From: Gnetum montanum | Taxonomy: Eukaryota > Plantae > Gnetophyta | DNA: 64,000 nucleotides | NCBI GenBank assembly: GCA_015680685.1 | Contig: MNCI01002197.1 | Span: 211,939 to 275,938 of the forward strand | Reading direction: 5' to 3' | Part shown: piece by piece, positions 38,601-49,896 of the stretch | How positions within the stretch are numbered: position 1 is the first letter of the stretch | Layout of the letters: every line of letters starts with the position of its first letter | Notes under the pieces: generated by a model | Told to the model about the DNA's origin: nothing | What the model saw: the letters and a program-made list of their open reading frames with translations, nothing else | The model's database searches: none | Position numbers and translations under genes: made by a program

Positions 38601-41600
38601 TCCACAAGAATGTCATCAAAAAAGACAATGCACCATTTACCAATAAGATCCCTTAGAACTTCATGCATGAGACTCATAAATGTGGTTGGAGCATTAGTTA
38701 GCCCAACAGGCATGACTAACCACTCATACAAGCCATCCGGTGTCTTAACGGCTATTTTCCATTCATCTCCTAGTCTAATCCTTATTTGATGATAGCCACT
38801 CTTTAAATCAATCTTGGAAAAAATCTCAGCATTGGCAAGTACATCAGGAATGTCATCCATCCTAGGAATAAGAAGTCTATACTTGATAGTAATCTTATTA
38901 ACAGTCCTAGAATCTATGCATATTTTTAATTCATTGGTATCTTTCTTTGGAACTAATACAGCTGAAACGGCACAAGGAGAGATAGATTTCTTAATAAAAC
39001 CATTGGAAAGTAATGCACTTGCTTGCATAATTCTTCCCTTGATTTGGAGTCATGCCTCTGATTTGGAGTCATGCAGTAGGCTCTTTCATTTAGAATTGTA
39101 GCTCTAGGTATGAAGTCTATTTGATGTTGAATGGATCTCATTGGTGGAAGCCCTTCCAATTTTTTCTTGAAAACATCAGCAAATTCCAATGCTAAAGGTT
39201 GTATCATTGGAGGAAGGTCATGTGGATACTCCTTTTTAATTGTGGCAAGTGTTGACATGATGACAAAACCATGCCCACCCTCTTCATGTGCTTGTAGGTA
39301 CCCTTTGCTCACTAAGCAAGATCAATGTAGCATATGTAGGGACATTTTCCTTGTACTGCTGCCAATTCATAGGGATGAGTTCATGTATCCCATCTTCTCT
39401 TGGTATAGACCAAACATTTCTTGTACCACTAAAAGAAGCCTTGTTGTCAAAGTCCCAGGGTCTTCCCAAAATGACATTAGCATAGTCAATTGGGAGAATG
39501 TCTCAATGTACCTTATCTTTAAAACAACCAATTTTGAAAGACAAAATACACATTTTCACTTCTTGGAAATGATCTTTGGAAAGTCAATGGACTCTCTAGG
39601 GCCTAGGATGTGGAAATGTCTTCAAACCAAGCTTAGAAACAACCTTTGAAGAAATCACATTTCTTAAGCACCACCATCAATTAAAATGTGTATCCATTTA
39701 CCACTATGTAGACACCTAGCTCCGATCCTAAAGAGCATTTTCCTCTTAGGATCTTCATTGGCATTCACATTTCTCATAAAAGTGCAATAATTAATTTCAG
39801 TGACATCTTCAATCATTAGTGCATGAGGATTACCTTCATTGGAGGATTCTCCCTTTTCCAAGGTTTTTAGTTTCTTGCCTTTGGAGGTCTTTGGCTTTTT
39901 ACACTCCCCCTACTTGTGTCCCTTTTCACCACAATTGAAGCATTGAAGTTTGGATGCATAGCCATTCCTTTGACCCTTTCCTTTCTTGGAGTAGTCTTTC
40001 TTGGAATCTTGGCCCTCCTTGGACTTCTCTTGCTTCTTCTTTGTGTCTTCTTTGGCATTTCCTTTGACCTTGGCTTCTTTCTCACCTTTAGAAGCTTTGG
40101 AGTCCTTGCCCTTGGAAGATTTGGGACCTCTATTATAGCCTTGAAGTTTCTTCTCAGCCTTAAGAGCTAATTCAAAAGCCTCATCCAATGTTTAGGGCTC
40201 GTAGAAGGTTAGCTCTTGTTGATACTCCCTTTTGATTCCTCCTTAAAAGATGGATGCTTGGTCATAATTATCCCAATGAACCTTTGTAAGCTCGAAAGCT
40301 TTATTCCATGTAGTAGTCCTTCACACTCTTATGACATTGCCTTAGGTATTTCAATTTTTTGATGGCCTCTTATCTATGATGAATCTTCTCAAATTTTTGC
40401 TTGAGCATGAATTGCATTGACCAATACTTGATAGGAGTGCCATTATCACCTTGCAAGAATGACTTTCGTTCTCCCACCATACAAATGCTATGCCTTCCAA
40501 TTTGATATCAGCATATCACACCTTTTGATGATTTTCCATATTTTCAAGTTCAAATTACTTGTTAATCATTTTTAGCCAAGAGAGGAAAGATTCAGTTCCT
40601 TCCATGCCATTAAAGGATTTGACCTCAACAGGTGGCATCCTTGATGCATGGTTGGAAGCTTTTGCAAGAGTGACCTCAATTCCTTTACCTTGCTTCCTTT
40701 GAGGCTTAGAATAAAGTTCCATTTTTCCTTTCCTAGGAAAACTGAAACCTTAAGACTTATTTTCAGCACTAGGAGCATGAAGAAAGACATCATCTTGATC
40801 TTCATCTTCTCCAAAGTCTTCATTTTCAAAAGAAAGATCATCTTCAAGGGATGGCATTGAGGAATGTCTTGATGAAGAATTGCATGAATTGTACACTTGC
40901 TTGGGTGCTTTTGGTGAAGTAGCATGTCCTTTGTTCTCTTTAAGCTTTTCAAGTTTCTCAACAATGAGCTTAAGAGCATTTCTTATGTCATCCATGTCTC
41001 TTGACAAAGTTTGAACTTCTTTTTTTGAGGCATGATTGAAATTGATCTAAAAGGAAATTTTCACAAAATACTACAAGGAAAGGTGAAATATTCAAGAATG
41101 CTCAAGGAATGAAAGTGGAAATAATCAAATCTTTGGAGAAATGAGTCAAGATCTTCAAATCCTATCTATTACAAGCAAATGGATGTCCAATTCTACAATT
41201 ATCTTCAAATTTTTGAAAGATATGACAAGCTTAAAGATTAAAGGGAATTTTCAAACCCTAGGATGAGTGGAACAAGTAGCAAGAGAGAATTCACCCAAGC
41301 TTGAGAATTTGGAGTGATTCTTTGCAATTGAAAGGAGAATTATCCACTTGAATGCAATTGTTTTCAATTCCAAGCTACTCTGATACCAATTTGATGAGGA
41401 GCTCCCTTGGATTCCACAATCCAAGCTCTCTCAGTGACAACAAACAACACTTTTTTAACAAGAAAAGAAAATGAAAGCTTTATTTTTGCTCAAATGGAGA
41501 ATTTACAGTTGAAAGGAAGCACACATTCACAAGGATAGACAAGAGATTCAATCAAATCCTCACACATACTCAATCAAAGAAAACACTCTCACAAAGATGA

Positions 41601-42245
41601 TAATCAAGGCACTTGGCAAAGATTCTATCTCTCCACTCTTTTCTCTTAACTCACCCTCTTCTCTCCCTAGACTCAGCCAAAATGAAGAGTTAATAGGTCT
41701 ATTTACACCTTTTCTTTTGTCTCTTCATCTTCCTTTTTAAATTCAAAATTTAAATTTTTTAAAATCCATAGAAAAATGTTTCATGTTCGTACGAGATGTC
41801 TTGTAGGAGAATGGGGCGTCTTGCCTGAAAGTGGCTGTTTACTAAGGAGACGTCTTACCTGAAAGAGGCTGTGTACAGAGGAGACATCTTGACTTGGGTT
41901 GAGACATCTTGAGATATTAGGAGATGTCGTGCATGGGATGTCTTGGCTTCTGTTGAGATCTTTTAGCCAAGATGTTAGGAAAACAGTGAAGACATCTTGA
42001 ATAAGGCTGATACATCCCATTTGCTAGGGCTCCAAAGATATAAACTCATATTGAGATCTTGGACCTACAACACCTTCAACAAGTCTCCATTGAGTTTTGG
42101 AACAGGCCAAAAGCACCTCCAAACATACCAAGTACCTTGCACCCATTATAAACAAAACAACACCAAAAGATAAGCACAATAATAGACACAAATCTATGTA
42201 TAAACATATTGAGGATTAGACATACGCTGGGTGATGTTCTCATTA
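35627..42245 (-). mobile_element. Full-length decayed Ty3/gypsy chromovirus (CRM-type RT) with chromodomain
   Basis: LTRs 35627-36368 and 41392-42245; TSD GAAGT on both sides; iMet PBS 41377-41388; PPT from 36369. Coding motifs: CFNCGEKGH, protease ILIDGGA, RT SPCAV...FSKIDLKSGYHQIRI, RNase H, integrase GPFQI...VFNVADL, chromodomain-like RKVHEYLVHW...AIWIHE (about 36450-36560). Confidence 0.95.
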
Positions 42246-42735
42246 GAAGTGCACCAAGTGTATAAGAAGTAATAGAAAAGTCTACCAAGAACACAATATT
42301 TATTTAGAAAAGTCCTAGTTTGTGTATGAAAAGAATGGAATAAAGGTTTGAGAAATTTTATAAAAATATGATATTTTCCAAAATATCCAAGTGCCAATTC
42401 TAGTAAGAAACACTAAGACATTACTAACATACAAGTCAAAAAGCTTAAATAAGACATTAACAAAAAGAGGCTAGTTGTTAGAATATACTCAAAAGAAAAC
42501 TCACAATTAACAAGAAGGCAAGTTTTAATAAAAGGCTATTAACGGTCTCACAATTAATTGAGCACAAATGCTAAGAAGGTCATGAGATCATATCCTTCAA
42601 AATACATAAACCAACTAAAGATTAATAAGAGACAATTAAAAATAGACCAGTGGTTAGGATGATGAGGTATTACAATAATAACACCAAATCATTATAAAAT
42701 GATAAATATAAAGAATGTTAAAGATAAAGTACCAA

Positions 42736-43244
42736 GTGCTTCCTGCTCTTGGCTGAAGCTGCTAGGGCTCGCCTCATTGACGAAATCAAGGCCCAAGTGC
42801 GGGAAGAATTAACCCAAGAGGAGGAGGCCCAGAGACGACGTGAGCAAGAAGAGCAGGCGGAGTAGGAACGGCTTCAGGAGGAGGAGGACCAGCGGCAGAG
42901 ACAACTTGACCGTGCCCACAGGCATAACGCCCAACAATGGCTAAGAGAGGGACGTTGCCCGTACCTCATTCTTGGCATCAGCTGCGAGAGCTCCTGGGCG
43001 GAACTCCACCGATATATCCATCGAACCTCGACGCGCTACCACCCGGATGCAGGAGCTTCGCAGGCGGACAGGAGTAGACGGGAGTCCACCATGCAGGGCA
43101 TCCAGCATGCGGCCAGTTTCGTGGACACAGAGGATCATTGGAACACTCTGGATATCCTCCACGAGCTGGAGCGCCCCAACTATGCTTGCCGTCGGTTGCC
43201 GACGAACCCTTAGTGGTTGGCCCTCTGCTGGGTTGATGCCAACT

Positions 43245-43276
<32 letters not shown>

Positions 43277-43488
43277 CCCTATGCTATCTCTGGGGGGTTG
43301 CCCCCCTCATCCCTAGGTGCACCCCCCTTGTTGTTTTTGCTATGTTGGGTGTAGCCATTGCGTAATTTGGGGATCATCCCCGCTCGGAGGGGCCATTCCT
43401 GATGGCCCACCGCTCGTAATCTCTTGTAACATTTTTTGAGTTTTTCATTAATATAATCCTGACTACTTTCTCAAAAAAAAAAAAAAAA
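42736..43488 (+). mobile_element. L1-clade LINE, J-domain family, copy E (5'-truncated: coiled coil, J-domain, 3' UTR, poly(A))
   Basis: TSD AAAGATAAAGTACCAA at 42720-42735 and 43486-43501; poly(A) 43473-43488. Encodes GRCPYLILGISCESSWAELHRYIHRTSTRYHPD with HPD at 43040-43048; stop at 43211-43213. Confidence 0.93.
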
Positions 43489-43825
43489 GATAAAGTACCA
43501 AAATAATGAAAAATGATAAAAATAATGTATGTTATAGATAAATAAAAGATGCAAGACACTTTACTAAGCATACTATGTCAAGTTTGAATTGCAAAATTGA
43601 CACAAGGGGTAAAAACAAAATCTTACCCTAGGGATTTTACACTTAAACAACTATTTTTAAAGGGTGATCATAAGCACCTACAATTTTATTGGATAAAATC
43701 CATTTGGAACGAATTGTTTTGAACTTTAGAACTATTATTCGCATCTAGAACTCTTATTCAATGTGGTTTATATTCCATCATCATAAATATCTAATGAATG
43801 AGGTCTTAGCAAGGTTAAAACCCTT

Positions 43826-43920
43826 AGTACAGCTTAGTGGTTAAAGCCTTAGTATAGAAACCTTAGGTTATAGGATCCGTTCCAGTGGGCAACACTAAGT
43901 TATAAATTTAAAAAAAGAAA
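43826..43920 (+). repeat. Degenerate tRNA-derived SINE-like element
   Basis: A-box-like CAGCTTAGTGGTTAAAG, weak B-box and A-rich tail. The body CTAAGTTATAAA is shared with a similar element at 3661-3742. Confidence 0.4.
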
Positions 43921-43937
43921 ATAGATCTAAGAAGCTC

Positions 43938-46900
43938 AATCTCAACAATCTCCCACTTGAGGATGGTGAGCATGGGAGTCAGAGTTGGGGTTGGAGNATG
44001 GAGGTATTGAGGCATGCTCCCGCGAGAACGGCGTGATGAGGCTGAGGGTTAGTTGACCTCCTGGCGAGGGGGTTCGGACCATGGAGCGTAGCCTAATCAG
44101 ATGTTTTGTTTCAACTAGGGCTTGGCGTAGGTTGGACCTTATCCGCAAGTGGATGGTGGAGGTTTGGGGGATGGAGGTGCATAGTCTATTGGACGAACTG
44201 TTATTGTTCATCTTTAAGAGTATGGAGGACAGGGATGCGGTCCTTTGGGGTGGGCCATGGTTCTACGGTGCCAGGGGGCTGGCGCTTACACATTGGCAAC
44301 CAAGGGCTCACTAGGAGCCAAAACTGTTCTCTCAAGCGCCACTCTGGATGCACATTTCTAGGATTCCTTGGGAAATGTGGATTTTGGAGTTTCTGTGGAA
44401 GATAGCTAGTTTATTTGGGAAGTTCATCTCCTTTGATAAATTACATTGTCGATGGAGTGCATGGGCTTCGCTCAATTCTATGTTTGGCGGGCCTTGTCAT
44501 CCAAGGACCTGGTCAAGGAGGTGGTGTTTGAATTGTCGGGGGCGACAAATGGCTTTGGGCAGAATTTGAAAACTTGGAGGAGCAGTTGACAGAGATAATC
44601 ACGGTGACCTAGAAGGGTTGCTCCCTGTGTGGGAAAAATGACCATCACAAGGTTGAGTGTCATTTTTAGGGGCCAAGACGGCGGTAGGCCAAGGCTCTTG
44701 CATGTCGCCTGGAGCTGGGTCCTCAAGGCGGAGAATGGACTTTGGTGGGGTGGCAAGGGTAGGTGCTGGCTCTGCCTACTGGCTCTTGTGTGCCCCAAGT
44801 GGCACCATCTTCTGTCATGCCCACTAAACCAAGGGTTGAGCTCCCCCCACTAGGGGAATGGGTTAACGTGGTTTAGGGGAGCTCTAAGCCATGGATGCCG
44901 ATTTTGACTCCTCTGCCTATGGAAGATTCTGGTAGTTTTCTGGCATCATCGAAGGGGGGTAGGTTGGGCCACCCATTTGGTTTGCTATTGCAGGACAAAC
45001 AGACGAGGAGTATCGACTTGGGAATACAATAGACCTTGAAAGAGGTCTACCAGTGACGATCCACCAGTAAAGCATGAAGATCCTTTCATGGAACTATAGG
45101 GGATAGAGTACACCCTATAAAAGAAATACCCTGTAGGAGATTGTGTGAAGTGAGGAATGTGACATTGTTTGCCTGCAGGAAACTAAGATGCAGGCTTCAA
45201 AAACATTCCACCTGCAATGGGTGGGTTGGAATCTCCACCTAAGGCCATGTCAAGGGCATGCAGGGGGTTTGGCCATCTTGGCTCGCCCTAAGGTTTTGAT
45301 GATTGATTCGTCACAATGGAGGATTATCGTCTACGTACCGTCCCAAAGCCTTTGGTTGATGAATTTTTATGGGGCCCAAACTTGGGAGCTTCGGTTGCAC
45401 GAGCTAGAGAGGGTGGCAATGTTGATCCCAAATCAGTAGGCCTAGCTTATTGTGGGTGATTTCAATCAACAACTTTACCCCTGGAAAAAGTTAGGAATGG
45501 ACTATACTAGTCCTCTAGGAACTCAGGAATTTCAGAACTTTTTGGTGTCGCACTCGCTAGTTGACTTGGAGATTGTGAATTGTCAATTTACATGGAGTAA
45601 CAGGCATAGGGGGACCGAATGGGTTCTCTCTAGGATCAATCGGGTTTGGGTCAGTTTGGAGCTTCTATTACAGTTGGAGGTGCGAGTTTCTGGTAAAGAG
45701 CTGCAGGCTTTTTGTCACCAGTCGATCCTTTGCTGCCTAGTGACTTCTTGGAAACGGTTGCCTTGATCCTTTAGGTTTGAAGTTTCATGGCTGCTCAAGC
45801 CATGGCTGCGCCCTTTGGTGGAAGAAATCTAAGCAAATTATTGGGGGGATAGGGGGGATCCCAGGAACTTTTTGCGGGATGGCCTCCTCCACCTAAAGTG
45901 GGCTATCCAATCACAAGCTATGCAGGATAAATTTTTGTTTCGTTTTGGCTATAGGGACCTTTAGTCCCGGCTGAGCTCGATTAGGCTCGGTAAGAATTGG
46001 GAGAGGACTTGCAAGACGAAGAAGCAGGGGTCTTGAAGCAACTACAAGGATTGGACCTAGAAGGGGAAACTTACTGGCGGCAGAGGTTGTGAGTCAGATG
46101 GCTTAGGGAAGGCAATCGGAGGATGAGATTTTTCTTTGCAGCTGCTAAATCTAGAGGATCGAACCAACACCCCCTTAGTATGATGGTTGACGGATCCCTA
46201 GTGGATGATCTTGAAAAGGTGGCTCAGTTGCTGGCTGACTATTGGGGCACAATTTGGGCAAAGCAAACTATGTCATCGATCTCTATGCAGGTCCCACAGG
46301 TCTTGGATTTAGAGGACAATGCTCGGTTGCTAGGTCCATTCACCTTGTAGAAGTTAAAGATGGCCATTGGATCCATGCTAGGCGGTAAAGCGTCGGGGCT
46401 AGATGGTTGGAATGTTAAATTCTTTAAGGAGTTTATTGATATTGTGGGGCCTAATGTTCTCAATGCTTTCAACTTGATGTTGGCTAAACGCTAGGTACAT
46501 TGAGACATTAATTGCTCTAGAATTGTTTGCATCCCCAAGCGGGCCGACCTGTCCTCCCTTACTCATTATAGACCCATTGGGTCTATAATGTTTTGATCAG
46601 AATCTTCTCTAAGATGATCATTGGTCGGTTGGTCCCCATCATGCCAAATGTTGTTGGTGATAACCAAATGGGGTTTGTTCATGGGCGTTTCTTGCAGGAC
46701 CAAGTGATACTTATGCAAGAAATTCTGCAGTCCCTGTGAATCTTGAAATTCCCTGGATTGTGTCTAAAACTGGACATTATGAAGACTTATACTATTGTCA
46801 ATTGGGAGGTGCTCACTAACATTATGCTATAGAAAGGCTTTGATCCTACCTTCGTGCACCTGTGCATCCAAATGCAGGAATCGACTACTTTCTCCTTTGA

Positions 46901-49896
46901 TGTGGGTGGTAAGTTGTGGGGTTTTTCCTCCCCCAGTCGGGGTTTAAGGCAAGGGTACTCCCTTTTGCCGTTGCTTTTTATCATTGCCATGGACTCGTTA
47001 AAATACTATTGCAAGGTTGCGGGGGTGTGGGGGCTGGAAGTCGTAGGGTTGGAGTGCCTGGTTGAGCACTATGCTAATGACACGATGCTTCATAGCTAGG
47101 TTGGGGTGTCCCAGGCGTAGAAAATCAACTAGGCTCTTACGTCTATGGCAGGGGGGGTTGGCCTGGTGATTAATCAGGAGAAGTCCTTGGCCCACTTTCT
47201 TAATGTAGACTCAATGATAAGGAGTCTTCCTAGGATTCNNNNNNNNNNNNNNNNNNNNNNNNNNNNNNNNNNNNNNNNNNNNNNNNNNNNNNNNNNNNNN
47301 NNNNNNNNNNNNNNNNNNNNNNNNNNNNNNNNNNNNNNNNNNNNNNNNNNNNNNNNNNNNNNNNNNNNNNNNNNNNNNNNNNNNNNNNNNNNNNNNNNNN
47401 NNNNNNNNNNNNNNNNNNNNNCATAATCCAGAATATCAACCATTTGATCTGAAACTTTGTATGGTCAGGGGGTAGAGGGAGGAGTAAATTGCCTTTGGTT
47501 GGATGGGACAGGATTGCCTGCCCTTGGGAGGTGGAAGGCCTAGGCATTTTCAAATTTGAAGACGAGTTACTGATGGGACAACGACTACTGTTACGGCTGA
47601 TCCAATAGGGAGATGGGACTAAGTAGTGGATTCACATCATGGGACGTAAATATGACAGGTGGTAGAGGGGGTTGCATGATTCTAGGCCTTGGAAGACACT
47701 TTGCATGCATGCACAATGCATGATGACACGGGGATGGATGGGGGAGATGTCGTGCCAGCTCATCAAATCGATCTATCCATCAATCCTTGGCTAGAAGCAA
47801 GTTTGGCAAGGGAGATTGCCAGAGAAAATCAAAGTGTTCCTTTGGCTCATTGAAAGTAACGACTTGCTCATACAGGCATTATTACAAAGACGCAGCCTCA
47901 ACATCGACGTTAATTGCCCCTTGTGTAATAGTGCGCCCGAGACTGTACTTCACTTTATGTTTCAATGCCCCTACATGCAGGACATGTGGTGGGTGGCGGG
48001 GTGGCATGCCTTGGTGTTGCTGACGGGGGACTCAAAAGCCACGTTGCTTTTATGGGAGGCATGGAAGATACAAAACAATAAAATTTTTTGGACAGTAACG
48101 TGTCCTCAACCTTGTGTAGATAGGCTTGGAGGGAGATTGTTGTGGTCGTGGGGATCACGCCAACGTATGAGCTGGCCTGCATGGTGTTCCGCATTTACAT
48201 GGAACTTGGTGTCTAGTGGAGTGGTGTGGTTGGATAGAGGTATTACCATGTTTAGAGGGTGACCTGACTATACTTGATGATGCTTTCTTTTCCAACTAGC
48301 GGGCCCAACAAGATAGAATTTAGGGGCTTTGAGATTATGCTGATAGAGATGGCGTTGGCTGTTTATTTGGGGACCCTGATGGTTGGAGAAATTATTTTAC
48401 CCTTGGCTAGAGGGCTCCAGGATGCTAAACTATTTTTCCATGGAGTGGTGTCATGTACAAAGAGCGGATAGGTGCCCAAGTTGGGCCTATCATTGATCTA
48501 GAGATTGGCGGCTGAGTTGGCCGATAGATTTTTTCTCCAATCTGGCAATGTCTCCAAGTTGCAAGGCATGCACTTTGCCTTCTTGAAATGCATGTACCTT
48601 GAGCGCAGGGTCAACTTGCCCCAATTCTTCCTTGAAATCTTGCAACAATGGAAGAGGGGATGACATTTTGGGCTCATCTTGGCCCTTTGGCAGGGTGCAG
48701 CTGCTATGTGGCTGACAAAAGATTTTCTTGGACCTTCTCGGCCAAGGAAACCACAAAAGTTGGTGGTGATTCTATGAAGCAGGTTGCATGATGGGGGTCA
48801 CCTGCTTTGGCATTGATGGCTATGTTGGAGGTGGATCTGGCTGAAGTGGGTTCGAGTGGGGCCTTGGCACTTGCCGCGGAGCTTGCTAAAGTCGTTGAGG
48901 AGGTGGCGGCCAAGGCTAGATTCAAAGAACAACACGCTTGGGAGGCTTGTTGGGAGGAGGCATTCCAACAGTTGTAGGCCGACATGGAGTCTTGGTTCCG
49001 CGAATGTGAATAGGAGCTGATCAGGCAATAGGCTTTGCAAGCAAAGAGCTCTTGGGCAAGGATGGTTGATGAGATGCATGACCAAATCCAAGCGGAACTT
49101 AAGGAGGAGATTGATCGAAGGGAAAAGGAGCAAATGGAACACATTCAATGGGGTAGGGAGCAGGCGAAGGAGGTGCAGTGTCAATGCCAACTTGATTGGG
49201 CACACGACTAGAGCTCGTGGCAATGGTTGGAGGAAGGGCGGTGCCCATACGTTACTTTGGAAATAAATTGTGAGACCACATGGGCGACGCTTCGACGACA
49301 CATTCGCTGGACTTCTGGGTGTTTCCATCCAGATAGGTGTGGGTTGACTGAGGAGCGGGTTTGGAGAGAGGCGGCTCTTCAAGATTTCCAACAGGCCATA
49401 GGTTTTGTGGATTCTGAATTGCACAGGAACATGCTTGATATTTTGCATGCCTTGGAAAGGCTGAACTATTAATGTTATACCCTACCTATGCATATGTAAT
49501 GGCTCTTGTGGAGCCCATGTCTCGTTCTGTTGGATTGCTGGGCTGGTTTACTACTTGGTTTGTTTTCTCTGTTTTGTTAAGTCCAATCTAGGATTGCATT
49601 TCAGTGCAATTCTTTTTTTCCTTTTTTTGGGACATGTCTGTCCATGTGGGGGAGGGGAGGGGGTGATGCTTAGACCCCTAAGTTTGTTTTTGTAGAGGGC
49701 TTCTTTGTCGGTGCTTTGTGATGCAGGTTTGGAATGGTTGCACTGTGTTTGCGGGGTTCCTTGTGATGTTGCGGTCAGGGAGTTTTCTTCCCCGGGTGCA
49801 GGATCCATCCTGCCTGTTTTCTGTTGTAAATCATTTGTATAGCTTTCGTTTCAGTAATATCATTTCCCGAACATTATCTCAAAAAAAAAAAAAAAA
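43938..49896 (+). mobile_element. L1-clade LINE, J-domain family, copy D (full length with TSD; assembly gap 47239-47421)
   Basis: TSD AGATCTAAGAAGCTC (43923-43937) and AGATCCAAGAAGCTC (49897-49911). ORF1 DUF4283-like with CSLCGKNDHHKVEC; ORF2 ATG at 45074; RT EHYANDT; zf-RVT from 47816; extension 48130-49472; poly(A) 49881-49897. Confidence 0.94.
49227..49472 (+). pseudogene. DnaJ-type J-domain of copy D
   Basis: GRCPYVTLEINCETTWATLRRHIRWTSGCFHPDRC...LQDFQQAIGFVD; HPD at 49326-49334. Confidence 0.8.

Noticed and set aside
29470-43488. Copies C and E as one LINE split by the LTR insertions
   Set aside because: Copy E has its own perfect 16-bp TSD, and about 1 kb of element sequence is missing between the pieces.
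47174-47553. ORFs spanning 47239-47421
   Set aside because: Artefacts of the N gap.
48490-49448. Long antisense ORFs (216, 146 and 88 aa) and similar shadow ORFs at 23765-24305 and 26393-27375
   Set aside because: They are reverse-frame shadows of LINE coding sequence and are not conserved between copies.
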